Source of the DNA: Azolla caroliniana
Lineage: Eukaryota > Plantae > Polypodiophyta
Length of the DNA: 64,000 nucleotides
Reading direction: 5' to 3'
Assembly: GCA_043228905.1 (NCBI GenBank)
Contig: JBHGNT010000001.1
Location: 24,614,001-24,678,000 of the forward strand
In this document: positions 38,135 through 49,344 of the stretch, piece after piece
Layout: each line of letters opens with the position of its first letter
How positions within the stretch are numbered: the first letter of the stretch is position 1
Position numbers and translations under genes: made by a program
The notes under the pieces: generated by a model
The model's input: only the letters and a program-made list of their open reading frames with translations
Database searches by the model: none
Told to the model about the DNA's origin: nothing

Positions 38135-39083
38135 AAGGAAAAAGCTTCTCAAATGTCTCACTTGTTGATTAGATTAATTGCAAAAAGAAAAATGAAAAAG
38201 ATAAAAAAGATAAGGTAAGAAGTTATGAATCCAAGCCTTTGGTCCAATCTTCATCTTGGATGTATCGTATTGAGTTAGCTTTTCATCATAGTATATCCGG
38301 GAGATTTGTGTAGAGAAACAATTTGTCATAGAGAAATCCTTTTCTTTTTCTTTTTTGTCATCCTGAGTGGCAATTGCCTTGGAAAAAATCCCATATGGTT
38401 GGACTATTCATTAATTTGGAAAAGTGTAATGCGGAGCTTAAAAAGTCCAAGTGAGGAAGAATGCATTACCAGCTTGGTGATTATTTATTTATAACTAGTA
38501 CCTACTATTTCATTTGCACTTTTGAAAGATTTGAGTGCTTTTTCTCTTTCATCGGTATAAGAGCAATTTGTTTCATTGATTTGGAATAGTTTTGCTAATT
38601 ATTTATGGTAGCTATTTCACTTAAAGTTTTTAACCAAAAATAAATTATTTCACTTTATATCGAGAGATCCCAGTAGATGATTTTGTTTTAAATATTCAAA
38701 GTAATTATTATCCTTTCTGTGTGAAGTTTGAGTTTCTATTTGCAAGTGTAGGTATGCAAGGCTTCACTTAGTAATTTCAAGCTTCAGCTTGGTATTTATG
38801 TGTCTTTGAACTTTTTTATCATACAACAAATGAAAACTCGAATAGCAATTTGATATATGATGAGAGATTCTTTATTACGGGAAATTTATTACTGTGCTTA
38901 TTTCAACGTGTGAGGTGGGGAAAGTACTTGAACTTCAAACAGAAGCCTTTGGGTTTTCATCAACAGTTTGAAAACCTTCAGATAGTGTTCACATGACCCT
39001 ATGTAGATTCTCTAGCCAGTAGATTGGTTTTGTGATGATCTAACAACTTTATTTATACATACATCAGCTAATTTTAAGATTGC

Positions 39084-39223
39084 AACCAACTCTATTTTTG
39101 AGAGAGATCTCCAACGAAAGTAAGCATAGTGAATGATTCCAACCAACTCTATTTTTGAGAGAGATTTCCAAGGAAAGTAAGCATGGCGAATGATTTCAAC
39201 CAACAGAGGGATTTCCAAGGAAA
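39084..39223. repeat. Tandem repeat of ~57 bp (about 2.5 copies)
   Basis: CAACCAACTCTATTTTTGAGAGAGATYTCCAASGAAAGTAAGCAT twice, plus a partial third copy. Confidence 0.85.
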
Positions 39224-40191
39224 CTGATGTGGAAAAATTCACAATTTGTAATAGTGTGAGCACCAGATTGTCATGCAAGTTGAATATTGACTGTGGTAGA
39301 ATTTGTGTTGACTTTATTTGGTGTGACAAGCACTGCACATTTCAAAAACATTTAGAACCAGGAACACAAATACTGTAGTCATTGTATTTCTAATGAGATT
39401 TTAGCCCCATCTTGATTGGAATCATGACTAAAAGTATAGAAAGAATCACTGCAATTTGGTCAAGGTCTGTATCAGTCCATTCTCTTATCTAGGAGCTAAA
39501 ATTGTATGTATGGGTATATTGAAGTCAACAGTAAAACAGTTCCAAAATTAATATGGTGCTTAGCTTATGGATTGTGAGTCATCATCACATTTGATTGTGT
39601 CCAAATCATGATATGAGATGTGAGATCTTTGAAGGATGGCAATGTTGAGTGATGAAGCACAAAAACTATGCTGGATGAGCTTCCTGAACCTTTAGTTGAG
39701 TCATTATGAGTTGCATGACTTAGTATACATATAAGCCACACCCATTTTTTATCTGGCATCAATGTAATAATGTGAATAAGAGAATTAATAATGTTCTCTG
39801 CTCTTTATTTTATAATACTTGGAATGCTAGCGAGTCACACAACACAAGGTTATTCATTTGAAGGACCTCCACGTCTTCTTCCCCAAGGTGGGGCAACAAG
39901 GGTCCTTGGTCCTTTGCAAGATACTATACACTAGTCTTGCACATCCATGACAGTTTTGATTTATTGCTCTTTGACATTGTAGCAGAATTTCTGACATTGT
40001 GTGCAAGAACATAAGTGATCCCAGTTTGCCAGATAATTTGATGAATATCAGACATTTCAACATCAAGCCTTGACATGCTTGTAACCTTTTATATAACTAG
40101 TAACCTTCCTTGTCATTCTTGTAAGACTTACCATAGATAAGGTCATAGCATAGAATTGCATCACATTACACATCTTTGCCCTCTACTTATG

Positions 40192-42552
40192 TTAGTCGCA
40201 TATCCTTGAAAGAAAAGTTGTACGCCATGGGCATTGATCTACACATTCTTGTATGGGCCTCTCCAAACAAACATTTTTGACCTTCATGACTTCGATTTCT
40301 TGGGCATGTTGTCTCATGCCAGCTGCTACATAAATATTAGCCATAAGAGTATACGCTCCGGCACATTTATTATCAAGCTCTACCGCCCGATCAAAAGCTA
40401 ACCTCCCAACCTTCACATTCTCCCATTTTCTACAAGCAGTCAACAGAGCAAGCCAAAGTGTAGGATACTTTGAAGACGGCATTGACTTAATAACTGATAT
40501 TGCCTTGTTGAAATGACCAGCATATCCAAACACCACCACCATGCAAGCGTGATGCTCCATGGTTTGTGTGAGACCATAATGTTTGTTCATATTGTGAAAA
40601 TGTACTTGTGCCTCATCCAATAGACCTGAATGACTGCACGCATTCATAACACATACAAATGTAACAACATCCGGTAGAAGGCCCTCACCTTGCATACATT
40701 CAAAACACTTCAATGCTTCATGAACTTGACCTTGTTGAGCATATCCAGTAATTAATGCTGACCAAGAGGCTACACATCGGCTGGGAAGCTCTTCCAGAAC
40801 TTCTTGGGCTTTTGCAAGAAAACCACATTGAGCATACATATCAACCAAAGCCGTACCAAGAACATCATCATTGTCAAGCAAGTTTCTATTCAGCACTTCA
40901 TTGTGAATTTGTTTGCCTAAGTTTATGCTTCCAGTGCTACCAGATGCCTTTAAGATGCAAGTGAAGGTGACTGAATCTGGAGACAGACCCTCATTTTGCA
41001 ACTTTTCAAAGCAATCCAGGGCTTCAAGAGCTTTTCCTTGTTGGGTATACCCTCCAATCAATGCATTCCACGAGGTTATGTTTCTAGTTGGAAGTCTATG
41101 GAGCACTTGATGAGCTTTTGTGAGCACACCACATTTGGCATACATATTCACTAATGCTGTGCCAAGTAGAGCATCCTTTTCCAGGTCTCCTCCCCTATTC
41201 ACAATCTCGTCATGAATTTGATACCCTTTACGTATGTCTCTGATACTAGCACAAGCTTTCAGAGTGCAAATGAATGTGATTGCACTAGGACAGATACCCT
41301 GCTCTCGCATTGATTCAAAACACTTTAGAGCTTCATGATTTCGATCCTTTTCCACATATCCTGAGATTAGGGAAGACCACGATACAACATTGTGAGTTTG
41401 TAGCGCATCATGCACTGATTGTGCTTTCTCTATAGCACCACATTTGGCATACATATCCACCAAAGCACTACCGAGCATAACATCTCTCTCTAGTAAGCCT
41501 CTATCAACGATTTCATCATGAATTTGTTTACCCTTTTCTATACATCCTATACCACCACAAGCTTTCAAGATGCAAATGAAGGTTATTGCATTGGGAGATA
41601 TTCCTTCATTTTGCATCCTTTGAAAGCAACTCAAGGACTCGTGATTATGACCATGTTGAGCATATCCAGCAATGAGTGCATTCCGAAAGGCTGTGTCTCG
41701 GAAAGGAAATTCGTCATGCACTTGTTGTGCTTTCAAGAGCATACCACATTTGGCATACATATCTACCAGAGCAGTGCCAAGCACAACATCCTTCTCTAAC
41801 AAGCTTCCATTAACAATCTCATCATGAATTTTCTTGCCCTTATTAACATCCCTTACGATTGCACATGCCTTCAAGATTGAAGCAAAGGTGACCGAATTAG
41901 GAAAAAGACCTTCATTTTGCAACTTTTCAAAACAACCCAATGCTTCATTACCTTTCCCTTGTTGGATATACCCTCCAATCAATGCATTCCAAGAGACTAT
42001 ATCATGGATAGAGAGATCATCATGAACTTCTTGTGCTTTTGCAATCAACCCACATTTTGCATACATATCAATCAATGCTGTACCGAGCACAACATCTTTA
42101 CTCAACAATCCTCTCCTAACAGTTTCCTGATGTATTTTTTTACCTTCGTCAAAACATCTGATAATTCCACAAACCTTTAATATCTCAACGAAAGTTGTAG
42201 CATTAGGGGATAATAAGTCTTCATTTTGCATCTGTTTGTAACATTCAATGGCCTCATGGACACGGTTTGCTCGCACATATCCACCAATGAGGGTATTCCA
42301 AGATACAACATTCCGGTAACAAAGCTCGTCATGTAATGCGTGTGCTTTTGCAAGGTCACCACATTTAACATACATGTTGATTAAGCTACTTGCAAGGTAA
42401 GGGCTCTTCTGTTCAAGTAAACCCATTTGCTCAATCTCGGTATGCACACGTATTCCTTTCTTCAAATCCTTATTCTTTGCACAAGATTTAAGCAAAGCAA
42501 TGAAAGTAGCAGCAATAGAAGTAGAATCAGCTCTTCTCTTATAAAAAACCAT
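40192..42552 (-). CDS. Intronless PLS-class pentatricopeptide repeat protein with E-type C-terminal domain and no DYW domain (786 aa)
   Basis: Repeated P/L/S triplets (VVSWNALIGGY, TFxxILKAC, LGTALVDMYAKCG). Terminal NACSHSGLLDEA...WLALLTACR...AYTLMANIY motifs are typical of organellar RNA-editing factors. Confidence 0.92.
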   Translation of the reverse strand: MVFYKRRADSTSIAATFIALLKSCAKNKDLKKGIRVHTEIEQMGLLEQKSPYLASSLINMYVKCGDLAKAHALHDELCYRNVVSWNTLIGGYVRANRVHEAIECYKQMQNEDLLSPNATTFVEILKVCGIIRCFDEGKKIHQETVRRGLLSKDVVLGTALIDMYAKCGLIAKAQEVHDDLSIHDIVSWNALIGGYIQQGKGNEALGCFEKLQNEGLFPNSVTFASILKACAIVRDVNKGKKIHDEIVNGSLLEKDVVLGTALVDMYAKCGMLLKAQQVHDEFPFRDTAFRNALIAGYAQHGHNHESLSCFQRMQNEGISPNAITFICILKACGGIGCIEKGKQIHDEIVDRGLLERDVMLGSALVDMYAKCGAIEKAQSVHDALQTHNVVSWSSLISGYVEKDRNHEALKCFESMREQGICPSAITFICTLKACASIRDIRKGYQIHDEIVNRGGDLEKDALLGTALVNMYAKCGVLTKAHQVLHRLPTRNITSWNALIGGYTQQGKALEALDCFEKLQNEGLSPDSVTFTCILKASGSTGSINLGKQIHNEVLNRNLLDNDDVLGTALVDMYAQCGFLAKAQEVLEELPSRCVASWSALITGYAQQGQVHEALKCFECMQGEGLLPDVVTFVCVMNACSHSGLLDEAQVHFHNMNKHYGLTQTMEHHACMVVVFGYAGHFNKAISVIKSMPSSKYPTLWLALLTACRKWENVKVGRLAFDRAVELDNKCAGAYTLMANIYVAAGMRQHAQEIEVMKVKNVCLERPIQECVDQCPWRTTFLSRICD

Positions 42553-43451
42553 GCCCTTCTTTGCCGATCAGAACATGGTGGCTATTCATCTCTTTCTCAC
42601 CTTGAATCCATGGAATTCCTCCATCATCAACATACCCATGCCATCTGTTTTAGATAATTATCAGAATTACCCCTCAACTGTCATGGATTACTTTCAACCA
42701 CTACACAACAAGGGTGTCGTCGCAAATTTGGTTAAACCTTAGTGTTTGTAGTCTCCTTGATATCCAAAATATTCTACATATTTACGGTCGTGTGCCCTTT
42801 TAATCGTCTAAATCTTTGTCTAAACACCTTGAGTTTTTATTCATGTTGTTTATCCTGTGCCAATCTAGATATATCCTACATCTCCAATGTTTTTTGCAAG
42901 TATGGTTGGTCTTTTGATTCTCCTTTAGATTCTATCTATTGTTACATAATAGTGGAACATTAGTAAGTCATACATTTAACCTACTTTTCCGATCTTCATA
43001 CATTTATCCTACAACTTTCGGTACTCTACACAAAAGCTACTTCTTACTCGGGTATTCTAAGTTCTTATCGGGAACTACCTAGACATTAGTATGTGTGCAC
43101 ATAACATCGTCTACCCTTTCTTTGGTAAGAGGAATGAGAGCGAGTATGGATCACTCTCTACCAACCCTAAACCCCTAAATGCTACTACAAAATCTAATCC
43201 TCCATTGTTCATTGGGGAACATTTTCCGATTCACGTCATAGACATCATAGGTAAACGCACGTAAATACTTTAAACATGAAAAGGAAGGGGAAAAAGAGAG
43301 TTAATTGTGGGTGGGTAAATGACAATTATGAGAAAATCATACGATTTGAAAAGTGAAACGACAATTTGTGTAATTAGAAATTAATTAGAATAATAAACAA
43401 TTAGGTGTATGGAACATTAAGCATGCCTTAAGGTAAGAAACCCTAGGGTAG

Positions 43452-43895
43452 TCGACATGCACCTCCTCAAGACCACCATATATCCCTAGAATTGGCCAAG
43501 TGATGGCTCAATAGAGAGTAAAGTGGCATCGGTAAGCAACATACACCTCGTTAAGGCCACAACATCCCATAGAATCAGCCAAGTGATGGCTCAATAGAGA
43601 GTAAAGTGGGATAAGTAGGCGACATACACCTTGTTAAGACCACAACATCCCATAGAATCGAGCAAGTGATGGTTCAATAAAGGGAAATGTGTCATACTCA
43701 ACATCATATGCAAAAGGGCCATGAGGTGAGTGTGTGCGATTAGGGAAACACGCTCGACCCGATGCACAAGAATAATTATTACCGTAAGAGATGGCTCAAG
43801 AGAAGAGAGAGTGGGAGATACATCGCAATATGCAAAAGAGCCAGGTGTTGAGCGTGTGCAATTAGTGCAAACACGCTCAACCTGATGCATAAGTA
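43452..43895. repeat. Three ~82-bp tandem units followed by a ~120-bp two-copy repeat, upstream of the PPR gene
   Basis: CACCT..TTAAGRCCACAACATCCCATAGAAT...CAAGTGATGGCTCAATA three times (43452-43684), then ATATGCAAAAG...GTGTGC.ATTAG...AAACACGCTC.ACC.GATGCA twice. Confidence 0.8.
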
Positions 43896-45044
43896 GATTA
43901 ACATCATATCATGGTAGAAAGAAGAAAGAAAAGAAAAGAAAATGTAATACCACTTCCATATGACCAAGAAGAAAGCATCATAGAAAAGAAAAGAGAGATC
44001 GAGAAAGAAGAATACCGGGTTAAGAATGTTGTTTTGATCCTGTGAAGAGCATGATGAGCCTTGCTAGATCCTCATCGCTGACACACAAAAAACATCAAAA
44101 CAACAAAAACATCCCCTTTTTAACATTAGTGAACATACCCCTCACTTATGTAAATATTAGTGACCTACCCTCACCTACGTTATGTGTACATAACAACCCT
44201 TCAAGTTTTTTCCTTTGTCTTCCCAATTTGCTTATCTGCCTTGTTTGAGCAAACCTTGATCTCAATCTGTTGATCTAAGGCCATTCGAGAAGATTTCTCC
44301 ACCTTGGTTGAGCTCACCTTACTCGGGCCACTCTCGTTCCTTAACTCCATGATCCTTCAAAGGAATCCCTCTACTTTCACCTCTTTCTCAACCACCTTGT
44401 TTGAGCTCACCTTCACTATAACCACCTTGACATGAACTTGAGTAGCCAACTCTTCGTCTTCATGGCTGATTTACACTTGTGCACCACCACCCAAGAGGAA
44501 CCCCCTTCTCAATTGGGATACTCCCAAGCTAAGTGGGGCACACTACACTAGTAGCAACCTTGGAAAATTAGGATGTCTATTGCATGTTACTTCGCATTGA
44601 GTGGTTCCAGGGCGGGGACTCGTGCCTTTCTTCCACTTGAGGCACTCAATGCATCATTCCTTGCTAGGTGGTGAATTCTTGAGGTTCCTCATTTCTCCAT
44701 GGATTCTTGCTTGTGTTGGGTGGCCTCCCAATCACCCATGCACTCCCCTATATGGATCTCTTCTACCAATCTTGCAAGTTTCATCTTCTCTATCTCCTTC
44801 CTCATTGAAGGATGCAATCTATAGAGAAACTAGTGCTACTAGTCAAAATTATCCATATTAGCTATGTGCAACATATGTTTTCTATAGTTAGAAATATACC
44901 TCTTGAGTTAAAGCTTTCCATTCATCCTTTAGACTATAAGGCTCATTTGATGGGATGACATACTCATGCATGCTTGACTTAAAATCTTCTCAATCCTTAG
45001 AGAGGGCTCCTCCTTTCCACCCATCCGATTTAGCGCGAAGGTCC

Positions 45045-46182
45045 TAAGTGAGTGGCAATGAGGGCGCGATGGTGGCTGAGGCATCATGGACAAAGGAAGA
45101 GGTGAGTTGGATCAGGAAGGTGTACAAGTTCTTCATGAGGGACGGAAAGATATGTCGGCATCCGAGTAAGCGAAACAACACACCACTCGAAGTGGTGATG
45201 CGGAAGGAGGATCAGTAAGTGGTGTGGTCGGAATTCCACGAGAGTCCCTAGTTCGAACATCGGGGAACATGGGCAATGTTCGAGAAGCTAAAGGAGAGGT
45301 ACTGGTGGCCGAGGATGTACAAAGACGTGCATCATTTCGTGTCGACATGCGAGAGATACCAGGTACATTCGGGGATCCGACACTGGTGTCGCGGTATTCC
45401 GCGGGTACATGTAGGATCTATGGCGGGACCGCGAGGGTCTTGGACTATGAAGGGGTTAGGAGAAAGAAGAATAGATTAACAAGGAAGAGTAGTAGACCGA
45501 GACAAGATACACCAACAAGTTACATTAAGAAGCCACCAAACAATTTACAACCATATATAGGCCGTATGCAAACACCGCTAGATCAAACCCTAACCGGACA
45601 GGAAAGGAAGAAGAATGAAACCCTAGACGAAACCCTAAACCGAATAGGGAGAAGAAGAACCCTAGAACAACCGAAACCCTAACCAAGAAGAGAGAGACTC
45701 CCAAACCCTAGATCTAAGTGGTATACCCTTCTAACACAGAATAGGCAACAACTTTACAAGAGACCCCTCCCTTCTTTTTATAGCCCAAGGAGGGAGGGAC
45801 GTTACAATGTGGGATAAATACTCCCCTTTATTCTATACACATTTTCCTACAATACATGTGCCCATGTTGCACATCGCCGACTTGCCCATTCCATCCAGAT
45901 TTCGCACCGTAGTCGGAAATCTTCACGACACCGCGACGAGGTACACCCGACTTACTCGTCGACCATTCACTTCAAGTGGATGGTCGACTTAGTTACAATG
46001 TCGATGGGTGTAGGGCAGATGCGGTACCTGGTGGTGGCAAGAGAAGATATGACGAACCAGGTGGAAGGCCATGCCTTGTCGAAGAAGACGACTGCGACCA
46101 TGTGTCGGTTCCTAATCGAGGACGTGATTTGCTACTACGAGTGTGTAGGGAAGATTGTGTCCGACCGAGGGGAGCTGAACGC
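45045..46182 (+). pseudogene. Decayed integrase fragment of a Gypsy 1-related element
   Basis: FEKLKERYWWPRMYKDVHHFVSTCE and WMVDLVTMSMGVGQMRYLVVAREDMTNQVEG match Gypsy 1 pol. Split by a solo LTR and cut at 46182. Confidence 0.88.
45387..45930 (-). mobile_element. Solo LTR of the TGTCGTGAAG group
   Basis: Minus strand TGTCGTGAAG...CGCGACA. Shares GTTACAATGTGGGATAAA and GTCTTGGACTA with 15093-15715. Removing it plus 4 bp restores RH(W)DEVHP; flanks are CTGG/CCGC. Confidence 0.83.
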
Positions 46183-48153
46183 TATCATGCCTTTCGGCGC
46201 CAGATCGTTGCGTGAGTCGGGTGGGAACCGCTGGGGTTTTGGACTAGGAGGTTGGATAATTCAAGGCAAATAAGAATGTGAATAAGTTGTAAGTAAAAGA
46301 TATAAAAACCTCGTGAATCCCACGGGTATAGTGTATTAATGAACACTTAGATAAGAATATGAATTTAGATAAAAAGAAAGAGATAAAAAAACTTGTGAAT
46401 CCCACAAGTATAGTTTATTAATTTGTGCCCTTCTAAAAAATATTCAAACCCCATATACATCTTTCTCTCTTCCTTATATAGTGATGGAAGAGTCTAAGTT
46501 TATCACATGCAAGCATCATGCCTTTTCTAACTTTAGTTAGCTTTCTATCACATCTTTTTTCATTTAATTCGAGTGCGTATGCATGAATAACTTTTTCTAT
46601 CATGCTTATCTAGAATATTTACATGGGATCTTTGTCCGATTGCTCCTCGCTAACGGTTTTGTCTAAGGTCACACAGGGTTTGTCGTCAGTTTGCTTCTTG
46701 AAAATCTTCACCCGTTTCCCTGCTATAGGCACTCGTAGTACCGCTCCATCGAACTCACTTAGTTGGTAGGTTCCGTTGTCAAAAACTTTCCGAACTTCGT
46801 ATGGTCCGAACCACCTTTTAGCGAATTTCTGGATCGTTGTGTGTTGATGATCCAAACTATTGTCATAGAATATCACCCAATCTCCTTCTTCAATCTTCCG
46901 TGGTCGTAGACGATGCTTTGTGTCGAATTGCCTTTTGTTGCGGAACTGCACTTCTTGTTGTCAGCGTATTGCTTCCGCTATGTCTTCCGGTCTTCTCTCT
47001 AGTTGTCATATCCGAACCACTAGTAGTTCTTCCCGGCTCATCTCTTCCTTCCACAACAACATTGTCCATGTCGCAATTGCGGTTTCCGCCGGCATTACCA
47101 GTGCTTGGCTGGTCATAAGTTCCGTTGGCATATAACCGGTCACGGAACTATGCGTTGTGCGATCTGCCCATAGTGCATACGGAAGCATCTACGACCAATT
47201 CTTCACCCTTCCGTCGCGTGCTTTTGCAAGTGCCTTAATGATTGGACTATGTCCTCATTCGATCTTCCCGTTGGCTTCCGGATTGTATATTGTAGTTAGT
47301 GTTAACCGTACTCCATGTTTGATGAAGAATTCCCTAGCTTTATCAAAGTCAAGTTTTCCCCGATCCGCAATCATTTGTCGTATGCACCTGTACCTGCAGA
47401 ACACTTCTTCCAAGAGAAATTGGCATACTGCAGAACATGTCTTCCTCCGTAGCACCTGACCTTCTACTTGGTTCGTTAGATCTTCCCGAGCTAATACCAA
47501 GTACTTCTTTTGTCTGATCCCGGTTGGTATGGCCACAATGTCGACCATCCATTTGAAGTTGATTGTCGGTGAGAATGTCAGATGTAATTCAGCTCGGTGT
47601 CGAACTCCGGAGTAGATTTGGCATTTCTCGCAGCGTCCCATGAACTCCGCTACATCTTTGTACATATTCTTCCACCAATATTTTTGCTTGGTCTTTGCAA
47701 ATGTTGCCCATGTTCCTTGATGTCCAGCCCAATCAGATTCGTGAAATTCGGATACTATTCAATTTCGTTGCTCTTTTGTTCCGACTACCTGCAATGGTAT
47801 GCCATCTGGTCTTTTCGGCTCCCTCTAGATTAATCCATTGTTCAAGAAGAACTTCCAGACTTGCCGCTTCTTACTTCGGATCTCGGCTCTCTTTTCCATA
47901 TTGTTCGATGATTCCTCGATTTCTTGTAGCACCTTCCTGATCATCAGGCTTTCTCCCTCGTATTCGGCTTCCCGAAATTCTCGAATTACGTTCACCCGGC
48001 ATATGTGCTTTGAAGTAAAGTAGTTTTCGGAAACTTCTTCATTATCGGATTTGGCTATGTCGTCTCCGAACCGTGCCCTTGACAGCATATCTGCTACCGC
48101 GTTGTCTTTTCCGGAGATGTGTCGTACCTCCGGATTAAGCGACTTTACATATG

Positions 48154-49344
48154 CAATCCATCTTAGCATAGCCATATCCGGTATCGTACAACACTGCATC
48201 ATCCCGAGTATCGGAAGACAATCCGTTTCGATCACTACTTCGGCTCCGATCAAATAATGTCGATCTGATTTGATCACCGACACAACTCCCCATAATTCTC
48301 TTTTAACTTGTGCATATTCGCGTTGCCTTTCGTTGAGAACTTTTTCTCCAAAACGGATCGGATATCGTGAACCATCCGAGTCGACTTGGTTGATGACCCA
48401 TCCGATCCCGGTTGGACTTGTATCAACCGTTACTCTGATTGGTCGGTCATAGGTCAGTTTCTTAAGTGGTTCTGCCCTCTGTAGTGTTTTCTTGAGCTTC
48501 TTCATGGCTTTGGTATGTTCCGGCCTCCATTCGAACTTCTTACCCTTCCGCAATCCATCTTAGCATAGCCATATCCAGTATCGTACAACACTGCATCATC
48601 TCGAGTATCGGAAGACAATCCTTTTCGATCACTACTTCGACTCCGATCAAATAATCTCGATCTAATTTTATCGCCGACATGACTCCCCATAATTCTCTTT
48701 TAGCTTGTGCATATCCGTGTTGCCTTTCGTTGAGAACTTTTTCTCCGAAACGGATCAGATATCGCGAACCATCCGAGTCGACTTGGTTGATGACCCATCC
48801 GATCCCGGTTGGACTTGTATCAACCGTTACTATGATTGGTCAGTCATAGGTCGGTTTCTGAAGTGCTTCTGCCCTCCGTAGTGTTTTCTTGAGCTTCTTC
48901 ATGGCTTTGGTATGTTCCGGCCTCCATTCGAATTTCTTACCCTTCCACAATCCATCTTAGCATAGCCATATCCGGTATCGTACAACACTGCATCATCCTG
49001 AGTATCGGAAGACAATCCGTTTCGATCACTACTTCGGCTCCGATCAAATAATGTCGATCTGATTTTATCACCGACACGACTCCCCATAATTCACTTTTAA
49101 CTTGTGCATATCCGTGTTACCTTTCGTTGAGAACTTTTTCTCCGAAACGGATCGGATATCATGAAACATCCGAGTCGACTTGGTTGATGACCCATCTGAT
49201 CCCGGTTGGACTTGTATCAACCGTTACTATGATTGGTTGGTCATAGGTCATTTTCTTAAGTGCTTCTGCCCTCCGTAGTGTTTTCTTGAGCTTCTTCATG
49301 GCTTTGGTATGTTCCGGCCTCCATTTGAACTTCTTACCCTTCCG
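48154..49344. repeat. Three tandem copies of a 397-bp RNase H segment of Gypsy E
   Basis: CAATCCATCTTAGCATAGCCATATCC starts at 48154, 48551 and 48948. Confidence 0.92.

Noticed and set aside
39400-40190. Possible DYW deaminase domain downstream of the PPR ORF
   Set aside because: No HxE...CxxC or terminal DYW motif was seen in the minus-strand frames I could translate.
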